From: Candidatus Lustribacter sp.
GTDB taxonomy: Bacteria > Vulcanimicrobiota > Vulcanimicrobiia > Vulcanimicrobiales > Vulcanimicrobiaceae
Assembly: GCA_965277805.1 (NCBI GenBank)
Contig: OZ255842.1
Coordinates: 4,704,001 to 4,768,000, forward strand
Reading direction: 5' to 3'
DNA length: 64,000 nucleotides
Positions 39,918-49,657 of this stretch are shown piece by piece. The notes under the pieces are model-generated. The model was given only the letters and a program-made list of their open reading frames with translations. It made no database searches and had not been told where the DNA came from. Every line of letters begins with the position of its first letter. The stretch's first letter is position 1. Both the position numbers and the translations under genes were made by a program.

Positions 39918-40411
39918 TACGGCGGATGGCCGGGCTGGATGTCGCGCACCGAGCGCGAGCCGAGCTGCGGTGCATCCGGGTGTTCTTCGCCGACGTCGAC
40001 GATGTCGAGTATGTGCGCGACGTGGTCGCCGCAGTCGTGGCGTTCGAGGACGCGTCCGGCGAGCCAATCGCAGCCGTCGAGGATCGGCGACCCGCCGGGA
40101 CCCGGCCGCCACGCGCATTGTTCGAATTTTTCGTGCGGCGCGATTTCGTCTTCGGTCTCACCGCCGAAGAGTTGCGCGAGCGCGTGCTGATCGTTCCGCA
40201 GCAGATGCACGATCAGCCACTCCGCCCGTTCGGCGACGCCGAGTGTATGGTTCTTTTTCGAAATGCACACGAGCCAGCGCCGCGGCGAGATGCTGCACTG
40301 CGTGTGAAATCCCAGCAGACAGCCGCTGCGTTCGTGTCCGTCGAACGCGGTCACGACCGTCATCGGGAAATCGAGCGAGAGACATTGGCGGGTGAACGGG
40401 TCGGTGTTCAT
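39917..40411 (-). CDS. Flavin reductase (DIM6/NTAB) family protein
   Basis: VVTA...GCLLGFHTQCSISP, AQLFGG, GDH motif. Confidence 0.82.
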   Translation of the reverse strand: MNTDPFTRQCLSLDFPMTVVTAFDGHERSGCLLGFHTQCSISPRRWLVCISKKNHTLGVAERAEWLIVHLLRNDQHALAQLFGGETEDEIAPHEKFEQCAWRPGPGGSPILDGCDWLAGRVLERHDCGDHVAHILDIVDVGEEHPDAPQLGSRSVRDIQPGHPP

Positions 40412-41142
40412 GTCGATGCATTCTCCGTACGGCGTGGACGCATGCGCACGATCGGTCCGGAGGTGTGCGCCGCCGGATCGGTCGTGCGTCCGGTTGCGAC
40501 CAACTCGACGACGACGTCGGCAACTTCTCCGGCCGTGATCCAGTGCGCGGCCGAGATGGTCTCGGAGATGCGCGTACGCACCGGCCCGTCGACGACCAGC
40601 TCGAGAATGTCGACCTGCGGGTTTTCGACTTCTTGGCGCAGCGCACGCGTGAGCATAAGCTGCGCGGCCGCGGCGATCGATACGAGGCTCGAGTTGCGCA
40701 CGGGGTGGTAGGCCGCGCCGCCCCCGATGCCGATGTAGCGTCCGCCCGCCGGCTGCGCGCACAGCACGGGCACGAACGCGTGCGCGAAAACGTAGTGCGT
40801 GCGCAGCATCTCGTCCATCACCGTATCCCAGATCTCGGGTCCCGAGCCCAGCAAGTCGCCTTCCCACCAGCCGCCGAGCGAGGGGATCAAGACGTCCAGC
40901 GGACCGCACTCCCGCGCGATCTGCTCGCGCAGCGCGGCCGCACCGGCGGGCGAGCCGATCGCGCCGGTGAGCGTGACGAGCGCGTCCGGAGAACTGCCGT
41001 CGCCGGCCGCGTCGGCCCGCAGGCGTTCGAGCCGGGTCGCGCTGCGCGACGGAACGATGACCCGGTGTCCGGCTCCGAGTAATGCCCGCACGATCGCTTC
41101 GCCTACGCCCCCGGCCCCGCCGGCCACCAGGATCTGCTTCAT
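40408..41142 (-). CDS. SDR family NAD(P)-dependent oxidoreductase
   Basis: ILVAGGAGGVG Rossmann motif; no canonical YxxxK seen. Confidence 0.78.
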   Translation of the reverse strand: MKQILVAGGAGGVGEAIVRALLGAGHRVIVPSRSATRLERLRADAAGDGSSPDALVTLTGAIGSPAGAAALREQIARECGPLDVLIPSLGGWWEGDLLGSGPEIWDTVMDEMLRTHYVFAHAFVPVLCAQPAGGRYIGIGGGAAYHPVRNSSLVSIAAAAQLMLTRALRQEVENPQVDILELVVDGPVRTRISETISAAHWITAGEVADVVVELVATGRTTDPAAHTSGPIVRMRPRRTENAST

Positions 41143-41293
41143 TTCCCGGTTCCCATACCCGCTCTACGACGTTGGGCCTGTTCGGGGGGCTGCGGGCTGG
41201 GCGCGTCAAAGCGGTAAGCGCCGCTCGATGTCGTAGGGGTACGGTAGCGGCACATTCTGGTCGACTGCACCATCAAGCTGGGGTGATCACGGC

Positions 41294-41968
41294 GTGCTCC
41301 AAGCGCTCTTCGGGAACAAGAACAAGGATAAGCGCCGGCATACGCGCCGAGAGAAGGCGTTCTCTGCCGACTGGACTTCCGCGCCCGAAGTTGCCCCGAC
41401 CCCGGTCATCGGACTCGACGTGAGCGCGAGCGGCGCCGGCATTCTCTCGCGCGAAGAGATCAAACAAGAAGAGTTCATTCTTCGGCTCAAGCTCGACGAA
41501 CGCATCATCCCGACCCGCGTGAAAGTTGCGCGGCGGTTACCGGGAACGTTGCAAGGCGCGAAGGCATTCCGCTACGGCGTCGAGTTCGTGAGCATCTCGG
41601 CCGACGATTGGGATGCGGTCGTGCGCTGGTCGAAGGGCGGCGAGGCCGCCGAAGCCAGCAACAAAGTGAAGTCGGATCTCGAGATGGTCAAGATGACCGC
41701 CGACGATGCCGACCGTCTCATGCCGGTCGCGTTGCAAACGAAGTTGCTCAACGGCCTGACCCGCCGCGGCCGCCTCGCGCCGCTCGTGCCGAACCAGCAG
41801 CCGCTCGTCGGGTATTTCTACGGCGGCACGGTCAAACGCAACGGGATGATGATGCACCGTCTGGCGATCGTCTCGCGCGTGGCCGACGTCAACAACGGGC
41901 CGCCGGCCGAGTTCCGCACCATGTTCTACTTCGATGACGCCGGCGCGCACATCGAAATGGGCGATTAA
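41294..41968 (+). CDS. PilZ domain-containing protein
   Basis: RRHTR (RxxxR) and DVSASG (DxSxxG); RYGVEF strand; unknown C-terminal domain. Confidence 0.72.
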   Translation: MLQALFGNKNKDKRRHTRREKAFSADWTSAPEVAPTPVIGLDVSASGAGILSREEIKQEEFILRLKLDERIIPTRVKVARRLPGTLQGAKAFRYGVEFVSISADDWDAVVRWSKGGEAAEASNKVKSDLEMVKMTADDADRLMPVALQTKLLNGLTRRGRLAPLVPNQQPLVGYFYGGTVKRNGMMMHRLAIVSRVADVNNGPPAEFRTMFYFDDAGAHIEMGD

Positions 41969-41982
41969 CGCCCAAGCCGCCC

Positions 41983-42921
41983 TCAGTGGCTAGGTTTGTA
42001 GATCATTTGATCGGCGGGAAACGGCGTGAACTTGCTGTATTTCGCCGCGACGTTGATCACCGGTTGTAAGAACGCGGGATTCAACGTCTCGCCGTACCGC
42101 ACGCGCAACATACCGGCGGCGGCGTCCGGATCCATCTTCGCGTACTTCAAGAGAATTTCAGCGCTCTTCGCATGGTTTGCGTTCGCCCATACCGCCGCTT
42201 CGTGAATCGCCGCGACGAAACGGTTGAGCAGGTCGGCGTGATCTTTGGCCCACGCAGCGTTGGTGAAGTAAGCGCTGACGAGAAATTCTTTCGCGATCGC
42301 GTCGTACGGCGCGCCGATGACGCGTTCGGTCTTGCGAGCGACCGATAAGAACGGTTCGGCGATCGTAATCGCGTCGACGCGGCCGGCATCGAGCGCGGGC
42401 TGCATCTGCGGAAACGGCAGTTCGACGAATTTTACCGTGCTCAAGTCGCCGCCGTTGGCCTCGATCCACGCGCGCGGGCCGTAACCGGAGATCGTGCCGA
42501 GGCCCGAGCCTGCGACGATTTTTCCGTTCAGATCTTTCGCGCTGTGAATCGATGAGTTTGCGGAGACCATCAGCAGGTTTACCGGTGCCGTCGACTCGCT
42601 CATGCCGGCCGGTGCGACGACGACGAACGGCACGTTGCGTCCGACGCCCGATGCGATCGAGACCATGTCGGAGTAGCCGATGTCGATCGCATTGCCGGCG
42701 ACCGCCGTCGCCACCGCGCCGCCGTTGGCACCGGCCTGGATGTCGACGTCGATCCCGGCTTTGGCGAAGAAGCCCATGTCCTTGGCGTAGTACACTTCTG
42801 CGCCGGCGTCGATCGGCACGGTCATCACGTGCACGACCGGCGGCGTTTGCGCGCCGGCCGGCAGTGCGAGCGCGCACATCCATATCGCTGCGAGAACAAC
42901 GTTGCGCAGGGTCGATGACAT
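41983..42921 (-). CDS. ABC substrate-binding protein, SsuA/NMT1-like
   Basis: Signal peptide; YAKDMGFFAKAGI, DLNGKIVA, FVELPF...AGRVDA. Confidence 0.85.
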   Translation of the reverse strand: MSSTLRNVVLAAIWMCALALPAGAQTPPVVHVMTVPIDAGAEVYYAKDMGFFAKAGIDVDIQAGANGGAVATAVAGNAIDIGYSDMVSIASGVGRNVPFVVVAPAGMSESTAPVNLLMVSANSSIHSAKDLNGKIVAGSGLGTISGYGPRAWIEANGGDLSTVKFVELPFPQMQPALDAGRVDAITIAEPFLSVARKTERVIGAPYDAIAKEFLVSAYFTNAAWAKDHADLLNRFVAAIHEAAVWANANHAKSAEILLKYAKMDPDAAAGMLRVRYGETLNPAFLQPVINVAAKYSKFTPFPADQMIYKPSH

Positions 42922-42940
42922 AGCTAGTTCCCCCGTTCGT

Positions 42941-43525
42941 TCAAGTGAGGTTGGACGTTGCGCCGTCCGGAAGTTGTTGCGCGAACACGGCGAGCGTCGT
43001 TGCGGTAGCGGCGTACGCGCCCATCAGCATCACGAGGTTGACCAGCGTCTCGGTTTCGAACTGTTCGGCTGCGGCGGCGTAGGTGGAGCGGCGCACGCGG
43101 TGTTTGCCCAGCGCTTCGCGGCCGAGTTTGATGATCGCCGCTTCTTTGGCGCCGATGCCGCGCACGCGCTTGCGTTTGCGCACGATCTCGATGATCTCGT
43201 CCTCGAGGCCTTCGCGGCGCGCGTTGATCTCGTGCTGGTACCACTCAAAGTGAGAATCCATCTCGCGAGCGACCACGAGGATCGCCAGCTCGCGCAGCCG
43301 CACGTCGAGGCCGGTCTCGAAACGCAGCATCTGATTGAGCTTGTGGTGCGCGGCATAGACGCGCGGGCTGTGCAACACGATCCCGGCGGGCCCGCGAAAA
43401 CCGGCCAGCGAGCGCGGATCGTTGGCGACGCTGTCGTAGAGCGCTTGGCCCTCGGCGTCGAGCGGCTCGCGCTCGATCAACGGCAAACGGTTCCCAGATT
43501 CAGGAAAAACGTCACCCGGTCGCAT
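42941..43525 (-). CDS. Carboxymuconolactone decarboxylase (CMD/AhpD-like) family protein
   Basis: LHSP, RELAILVVARE, FEWYQHE; related to 14127-14726. Confidence 0.8.
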   Translation of the reverse strand: MRPGDVFPESGNRLPLIEREPLDAEGQALYDSVANDPRSLAGFRGPAGIVLHSPRVYAAHHKLNQMLRFETGLDVRLRELAILVVAREMDSHFEWYQHEINARREGLEDEIIEIVRKRKRVRGIGAKEAAIIKLGREALGKHRVRRSTYAAAAEQFETETLVNLVMLMGAYAATATTLAVFAQQLPDGATSNLT

Positions 43526-43601
43526 CTCCGGCCCCTTCGGTCCGGGCCGCGACCGCCCTTTGCACCGAGGGGGGCTTCTGCGATGGGGAGAAACCGATGC
43601 G

Positions 43602-44129
43602 ATGACGCGACAACGCACGGGAGCGCTGCTCATTCCCGAGGAGCACCTGGAGAAGCACCGTCGCCGGTTTGCGCGCTTCAAGCCGCTCAACGCGCAGGTG
43701 CTCTTCGCGGTTCGAGCGCTGGCCCAACGGATCAACGACGATGCCACCGAACGTCTCGCCGCGCTCGGGCTCACGGCTCGCCAATACAACTACCTCTCGG
43801 TGATCTACGTCGAGGAAAGCGTCACGCCGAACGAGATCGGGACGCTCATTCATACCGCGAATCCGACCGTTACCTCGATGCTCAACGCGCTCGAACGCGA
43901 CGGGCTCATCGTGCGCGAAGCGCATCCCGAAGACGGGCGCAGTTCGGTCGTGACGCTCACGCCGCGCGGCAAGACGCTCTATGAAAAAGCGTTCCAGCTC
44001 CATCACGATCCGCTCGAGGAAACGATGGCCGCGCTGAGCCTAGACGAGCGCAAAAAGCTGGTCGACGTGCTCGTTCGCCTGGGCGATTCTTTCGCCGAGT
44101 CGGGTAAGCAGAAAAAGAAGGCCAATTGA
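43602..44129 (+). CDS. MarR family transcriptional regulator
   Basis: GLTARQY, TVTSMLNALERDGLI, HPEDGRS...LTPRG. Confidence 0.9.
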   Translation: MTRQRTGALLIPEEHLEKHRRRFARFKPLNAQVLFAVRALAQRINDDATERLAALGLTARQYNYLSVIYVEESVTPNEIGTLIHTANPTVTSMLNALERDGLIVREAHPEDGRSSVVTLTPRGKTLYEKAFQLHHDPLEETMAALSLDERKKLVDVLVRLGDSFAESGKQKKKAN

Positions 44130-44171
44130 CTTTTAGGGTAGGGCACCCTAGAATGTTGTTAGAATACTAAG
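44126..44171 (+). promoter_or_regulatory. Sigma70-type promoter with overlapping palindromic operator
   Basis: TTGACT (44126-31), N17, TAGAAT (44149-54); GTTAGAATACTAAG (44158-71); TAGGGT-N5-ACCCTA inverted repeat in the spacer. Confidence 0.75.
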
Positions 44172-44183
44172 GACGAGGATTGC

Positions 44184-44561
44184 ATGCAAGACGTTAAGGT
44201 AATCGCGACGCGGTACACCGATCGCGAGAAGACCGATCCAAACGCGCGGATCATGAACCCGGCCGATTTCATCAAAGTGAATCCCGAGAAGCTGCAATCG
44301 GGACGGATGTACGTGGGCGATGAGTTTCGCGCGGTCGTACTGACCTTGACGCCGGGGCAGGCGCAGACGCTGCACATGCATCCCGAAACCTCGCACGCCT
44401 GGTTCATCATTTCCGGCAGCGGCGAAGTGACGATGGAAGACGGCCGTAAAGAGCGTGCGAGCGCCGGCCAGTTTTGCGTGCATCCGCGCAACAGCGTGCA
44501 CGGCATCACCAACGACACGAACGAAAACCTCACCTACATCGCCCTGTCGATCGGCGACTGA
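44184..44561 (+). CDS. Cupin domain protein
   Basis: HMHP...W..ISGSG and PRNSVHGITN cupin motifs. Confidence 0.85.
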   Translation: MQDVKVIATRYTDREKTDPNARIMNPADFIKVNPEKLQSGRMYVGDEFRAVVLTLTPGQAQTLHMHPETSHAWFIISGSGEVTMEDGRKERASAGQFCVHPRNSVHGITNDTNENLTYIALSIGD

Positions 44562-44571
44562 GAGAAACACG

Positions 44572-45549
44572 ATGTTGTCAGCGAAAGATTTCCACGGCTT
44601 GTGGGCGATCATCCCGACGCCTTCGAAACCCGGCGCCGATCGCGCCGACGCGGTCGATACGGTGGATCTCGAAGAGACCGCGCGCGTCGTCGACAAGCTG
44701 ATCAAAGACGGCTCCGATGCGCTGATCGTGCTGGGCACGACCGGCGAGTGCGCGACGCTGACGCGCAGCGAATACGAAGCCTTCGTCGACACGGTGCTGA
44801 CGACGGTTAACAAGCGTATCCCGTGCTTCATCGGCACGACGGCGCTCGGCACCCACGAAGTCGTCTATCGCACGCGCTTCGCGCAAGACCGCGGCGCCGA
44901 CGGCATCCTGCTCGGCCTGCCGATGTGGCAGCCGCTCACGGTCGTGCAAGCCGTGGAGTACTATCGCAGCGTCAGCGAGCTGTTCCCGAAACTCGCGATT
45001 CAAGTCTACGGCAACCCGCGCGCCTTCCGTTTTGCGTTTCCACCCGAGTTCTGGGCTGCGGTGGTCAAGGCCGTGCCGAACATCACCTCGGCGAAATACT
45101 CGCGTCCGAAAGCGCTGCTCGAATCACAAGCCGCCTCGAACGGCAAAGTGCACTTTCTGCCCAATGACGGCGGCGTGATGCAGTTCGTCGATCTGGCGCC
45201 GGAAACGACGACGGCCTGCTGGTCGACCGCGGCCTCGATGGGTCCGGAGCCGGCCCTGGCGCAGATCCGCGCGATCCAATCGGGCGACCTCGAGCGCGCG
45301 CGCGCGATCGCCAAAGACCTGAAGTGGACGCGCGAACCGATCGCGCCGATCGTCGCCGACGCCGACCTCTTCGCAAGCTACAACATCCAGCTCGAAAAGA
45401 CGCGCATCGGCCTCGCCGGTTACTGCAAAGCCGGTCCGTTGCGGCCGCCCTACAACGTGTACCCTGAAGAATATCACGCGCTCTTCCAGGAAAACGCAAC
45501 GCGCTGGCGCGAGCTGTGCGAGCGTTACTCGAAGGTAGCCGCTCCGTGA
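44572..45549 (+). CDS. DHDPS-family hydratase-aldolase, NahE (o-hydroxybenzylidenepyruvate hydratase-aldolase)-like
   Basis: GLWAIIPTP, LGTTGECATLT, GILLGLPMW, YGNPRAF, AKY, YNIQLEK. Confidence 0.85.
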   Translation: MLSAKDFHGLWAIIPTPSKPGADRADAVDTVDLEETARVVDKLIKDGSDALIVLGTTGECATLTRSEYEAFVDTVLTTVNKRIPCFIGTTALGTHEVVYRTRFAQDRGADGILLGLPMWQPLTVVQAVEYYRSVSELFPKLAIQVYGNPRAFRFAFPPEFWAAVVKAVPNITSAKYSRPKALLESQAASNGKVHFLPNDGGVMQFVDLAPETTTACWSTAASMGPEPALAQIRAIQSGDLERARAIAKDLKWTREPIAPIVADADLFASYNIQLEKTRIGLAGYCKAGPLRPPYNVYPEEYHALFQENATRWRELCERYSKVAAP

Positions 45550-46457
45550 CGTCCACTCCGGCCGTGACGGCGGTTCGCAGCGTCGAACTCGGCGTCCGCG
45601 ACCTCGATGCATCATCGGCCTTCTATCAAGACACGTGGCTGCTCGACGAAGTCGCGCGCACACCGACGGCCGTCTATCTGCGCGCGGCCGGATCCGAGCA
45701 CCACGTGCTCGCCATTCACGGCGATCAGCCGTTCGGCGTCGTGCGCATCAATCTCGCGGCACCCGATCGGGCAGCGGTCGACGCACTGCACGACGCAGTG
45801 CTCTCAGCGGCGGTGCCGATCGTCCATGCGCCGCGCGATCTCGATGAACCCGCCGGCGGTTACGCGTTCGCCTTTACCGACTACGAAGGACGGGAGTTCC
45901 GCATCGTCGCCGGCTTGCCCGTACACCGTGAAGTCGACCACTCGAACGACCGGCCGGAGAAGGTGAGCCATATCGTCTTGAACGCCGAGGCGGAGAGCGG
46001 CAGCGCGAAGCTTTTCTGCGAGAAGCTCGGGTTCCGGTTGCGCGATCAAACGGGCCGGGCGAATTTCATCGGCTGCAACGCCGATCATCACAGCCTGGCT
46101 TTCGGCCGCGTCGGCGGCAGCGCGATGAACCACGTTGCGTTCGACATCCACGATCTCGACGGCGAGATGCGAGCGGCCGGCCGCATGAAGCGCGGCGGGC
46201 ATCCGATCGAGTGGGGCGTCGGCCGTCATGGCCCCGGCCACAACGTTTTCGCCTATTTTATCGACCCCAACGGTTACGCCATCGAGTACACGACCGAGAT
46301 GGATCAAGTCGACGATGCAAAATACGTCCCGGGTACACCCGAGACGTGGAAGCGCGCGCCGCACTCGGACGCGTGGGGCATCGCCGACCCGCCGACCCAA
46401 CGTTTTCGCGACGCGATCACCGGAAAGCTAGGTGCTTATGCTGAGTCAACAAGATAA
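45546..46457 (+). CDS. VOC-family protein, extradiol dioxygenase-like
   Basis: Two VOC domains; SHIVL, CNADHHSL, NHVAF, WGVGRHGPGHNVFAYFIDP..IEY. Confidence 0.85.
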   Translation: MTSTPAVTAVRSVELGVRDLDASSAFYQDTWLLDEVARTPTAVYLRAAGSEHHVLAIHGDQPFGVVRINLAAPDRAAVDALHDAVLSAAVPIVHAPRDLDEPAGGYAFAFTDYEGREFRIVAGLPVHREVDHSNDRPEKVSHIVLNAEAESGSAKLFCEKLGFRLRDQTGRANFIGCNADHHSLAFGRVGGSAMNHVAFDIHDLDGEMRAAGRMKRGGHPIEWGVGRHGPGHNVFAYFIDPNGYAIEYTTEMDQVDDAKYVPGTPETWKRAPHSDAWGIADPPTQRFRDAITGKLGAYAESTR

Positions 46458-47703
46458 CGAGCGCTTGACGCGGGTCGGCCCCGGCACGCCGATGGGCAAC
46501 CTGTTCCGCCGCTATTGGATCCCCGCGCTGCTTTCCGAAGAGCTGGTCGAGGCCGATGGCCCGCCGGTGCGCGTGCGCTTACTCGGCGAAGACCTGGTGG
46601 CGTTCCGGGACACGGAAGGCGTGGTCGGCATCGTGTCGGCGTATTGTCCGCACCGCCGCGCGCCGATGTTCTTCGGCCGCAACGAAGATTGCGGTTTGCG
46701 TTGCGTGTATCACGGCTGGAAGTTCGATCGCAACGGCGCGTGCGTCGACATGCCGTCTGAGCCGCCGGATTCGCTGTTCAAAACGAAAGTCACGATCGAC
46801 GCCTATCCCACCTGGGAAGGCGGCGGCATGGTGTGGATCTACATGGGGCCGCTGGAGCTGAAGCCGGCGCCGCCGGATCACGAGTTGGTGCGCGCGCCCG
46901 CGAATCACCGTCACGTTTCGAAGCTGTTCGAAGATTGCAACTACCTGCAGGCGCTCGAGGGCGGCATCGATCCGACGCACGCAACGATCCTGCACAACGT
47001 CAAGATCGGCGATCGTTCGTTCCTCAACAAGTACGACGAGCTGGTTGCGGCGCTCGACATCGAGACGACCGATTACGGCTTCACCTACGCCGGCATCCGT
47101 CAGCACGCCGATTTCGACTGGATCCGCGTTTATCACTGGATCATGCCGTCGTATCACATGCGCGGCAGCGTGGCCGGCTTGTTCAACAAGCCCGGACAGA
47201 TCCCGACGATCAACGGCCACATCTGGGTCCCGATCGACGATTACAAGAGCTGGGTGTTCAGCTTCACGTATTCGGCCGATCCGAATCAGCCGATCTCGCA
47301 TGAGCACGTCGAGGAACAGGAAACGCGCCTCGGCCGCGGCACGAATACCGGCCCCGGCTACATGCCGGTCCGCAACCGCTCCAACGACTACCTCATCGAC
47401 CGGCAGTTGCAGAAGACCGAGAGCATGACCGGCATCGCCGGCGTCAACACGCAGGACTACGCATTGCAAGAAGGCATGGGTCCGATCGTCGACCGCACCA
47501 AGGAACACGTCGGTACGACGGATCGCGCTATCATCTTGCTGCGCAAAGTGCTGCTGGACGCGCTCAACACGATGGAAAAGGGCGGTACGCCGCCGGCGGT
47601 CGATCCGTCATCGTACCGCGGCGTGCGCGCGGTCGACCGCACGATTCCCAAGGGCACGGAATGGAAGGTCGTCTGCGAGCCGGATGCGGTAGCGTTGTTC
47701 TGA
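46438..47703 (+). CDS. Rieske non-heme iron oxygenase (phthalate 4,5-dioxygenase-like family)
   Basis: RVGPGTPMG, CPHRRA...CVYHGW, EGGIDPTHATILH, QDYALQE. Confidence 0.9.
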   Translation: MLSQQDNERLTRVGPGTPMGNLFRRYWIPALLSEELVEADGPPVRVRLLGEDLVAFRDTEGVVGIVSAYCPHRRAPMFFGRNEDCGLRCVYHGWKFDRNGACVDMPSEPPDSLFKTKVTIDAYPTWEGGGMVWIYMGPLELKPAPPDHELVRAPANHRHVSKLFEDCNYLQALEGGIDPTHATILHNVKIGDRSFLNKYDELVAALDIETTDYGFTYAGIRQHADFDWIRVYHWIMPSYHMRGSVAGLFNKPGQIPTINGHIWVPIDDYKSWVFSFTYSADPNQPISHEHVEEQETRLGRGTNTGPGYMPVRNRSNDYLIDRQLQKTESMTGIAGVNTQDYALQEGMGPIVDRTKEHVGTTDRAIILLRKVLLDALNTMEKGGTPPAVDPSSYRGVRAVDRTIPKGTEWKVVCEPDAVALF

Positions 47704-48815
47704 TGGAATCACAGCACCAGGCGGCCCGGTACGGTATCGATTCCTATCTCGATTGGGTCGCGCACGAGAAGCTGCTCGTGCACACGGGCCTCGCCATCGA
47801 CTGCTTCAAAGTCGAAACGCGCGAGTGGGCGCGCGCCGGCGTGCCTTCGGCCGTGCTCCATCTCGACGGCCGCGGCGACTTCTGCAACGCCTTCGTCTTC
47901 AACATTCCGGCCGGCGGCTCGACCATTCCGCAGCGGCATCTCTACGAAGAGATCGTCTACGTTCTCGAGGGCAACGGCTCGACGCAGATCGAGTTACCCA
48001 ACGGCGAAAAGCGCAGCTTCGAGTGGGGACCGACATCGCTATTTGCGATCCCGCTCAATGCGACGTATCGCCACTTCAACGCCAGCGGTCTCAAGCGCGC
48101 GCTCATCACCACGACCACCAACGCGCCGATGATGCTGAACCTCTTTCACAACGAGCGCTTCGTGTTCGACAACCCGTTCTTTTTCGACGACCGGGTCGGG
48201 AAGCAAGAGTACTTCGCGGGCGAGGGCGTGCTCAACATCGTGCGCCAAGGCAACAATACCTGGGAAACCAATTTCATCGCGAGCCTCGAGACGATCGATC
48301 TGCCCGACTTCTCCGATCGCGGCGCGGGCGGCGGCAACCTGATCTTCCTACTCGCCGACAGCTCGATGCACGCGCATGTCTCGGAGATGCCGGCCGGCAC
48401 CTACAAGAAAGCGCATCGCCACGTCGCCGGCTATAACGTCATGTGCGTGGCCGGCAGCGGCTTCTCGCTGATGTGGTTTGAAGGCGATCAGGAGTACGTG
48501 CGCATCGACTGGCACCACGGCGTGCTCTTTCCGCCCGCGCACCATCAGTTCCACCAGCACTTCACCACGAGCACGGTCGCGGCGCGCTACCTCGCGATGG
48601 GTTTCGGCAGCCTGCGCTATCCGTTCACGCAGGAACGCCGCGACGAAATTCTCGGCAAGGACGTGAAGTTCTCGACCAGCATCAAAAAGGGCGGCGACCA
48701 GGTCGAGTACGAGGACCAGGACCCGCGCATCCACCCCATCTGGCTTGCGGAAATGAAGAAGAACGGCCTCACCCCGCGCATGGACAAATACATCAAGACC
48801 GCCGAACCGGTCTAG
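47703..48815 (+). CDS. Bicupin protein (gentisate 1,2-dioxygenase-like fold)
   Basis: QRHLYEE...YRHFN and KAHRH...FHQHF cupin pairs; TGATG overlap with the Rieske gene. Confidence 0.75.
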   Translation: MESQHQAARYGIDSYLDWVAHEKLLVHTGLAIDCFKVETREWARAGVPSAVLHLDGRGDFCNAFVFNIPAGGSTIPQRHLYEEIVYVLEGNGSTQIELPNGEKRSFEWGPTSLFAIPLNATYRHFNASGLKRALITTTTNAPMMLNLFHNERFVFDNPFFFDDRVGKQEYFAGEGVLNIVRQGNNTWETNFIASLETIDLPDFSDRGAGGGNLIFLLADSSMHAHVSEMPAGTYKKAHRHVAGYNVMCVAGSGFSLMWFEGDQEYVRIDWHHGVLFPPAHHQFHQHFTTSTVAARYLAMGFGSLRYPFTQERRDEILGKDVKFSTSIKKGGDQVEYEDQDPRIHPIWLAEMKKNGLTPRMDKYIKTAEPV

Positions 48816-49138
48816 GTCGCTTTCCGGGCCTCAAAAACATCGTAGGCGATATTGCCGGCGGAGACCGCACTGGGATGGCCCGCGTAGAACGCGACGTGGG
48901 TCATCATCTCGGCGAGTTCGTCCTGCGTGACGCCGTTGTCGAGCGCGAAGCCGATGTGATAGCGCAACTGATCGGGCCGGTAGAGCGCGGTTAACACAGC
49001 GCAGGTGATGAGGCTGCGGTCGCGCTTGGAGAGTTGCGGCCGCTCCCACACATCGCCGAAGAGCACGTTCATCGCGATGTCCCAAAGTTTGGGCAGCGCC
49101 ATGGCCCACTTGGGCATGTGAGCCGGCTGTTCGGGCAT
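48812..49138 (-). CDS. Carboxymuconolactone decarboxylase family protein (PcaC-like)
   Basis: LFGDVWERPQLSKRDRSLIT, QLRYH...ALDNG, HVAFYAG. Confidence 0.88.
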   Translation of the reverse strand: MPEQPAHMPKWAMALPKLWDIAMNVLFGDVWERPQLSKRDRSLITCAVLTALYRPDQLRYHIGFALDNGVTQDELAEMMTHVAFYAGHPSAVSAGNIAYDVFEARKAT

Positions 49139-49213
49139 GGTATCCTCCGTCGTCGTCCGAGTCGTTGTGCTTCGCAGCGCGGTGTTCGGGAAGACGGCGG
49201 CGAACCCCGGCGC

Positions 49214-49657
49214 ATGCCGTTACGCATCGGAGATGCCGCACCCGATTTCACGCTTCAGAGTTCGGATGGCCGCGACGTTGCGCTGTCATCGTTCCACGGC
49301 GCGCAAAGCGTGGTGCTGATCTTCTATCCGAAAGATCAAACGCCGGGCTGCACCAAACAACTGTGCACGGCGAGCAACGACGCGGCGGCGTTCGCATCCG
49401 CGGGCGCCGCGGTCTTCGGCGTCAACGGCGACAACGCCGCATCGCACGAGCGCTTCATCGCCAAGTACCAGCTCGCAATGCCGCTGCTGATCGATCCCGG
49501 CCTTATGGTAGCGAAGGCCTACGACGCCGTTGCCGGCTTCGGTCCGATCAAAATCGTCAACCGCACGGTGGTCGGCATCAACCGCGCCGGCCGCATCGCC
49601 TTCTACCAGCGCGGCATGCCCGACACCCCAACCATCCTCAGCGCTCTCTTGTCCTGA
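49214..49657 (+). CDS. bcp: Peroxiredoxin (Bcp/PrxQ type)
   Basis: GDAAPDFTL, FYPKDQTPGCT. Confidence 0.85.
   Translation: MPLRIGDAAPDFTLQSSDGRDVALSSFHGAQSVVLIFYPKDQTPGCTKQLCTASNDAAAFASAGAAVFGVNGDNAASHERFIAKYQLAMPLLIDPGLMVAKAYDAVAGFGPIKIVNRTVVGINRAGRIAFYQRGMPDTPTILSALLS

Noticed and set aside
39917-41209. Apparent 430-aa ORF suggesting an SDR-flavin reductase fusion
   Set aside because: The SDR is in another frame (40408-41142); the reductase starts at ATG 40411 with an ATGA overlap
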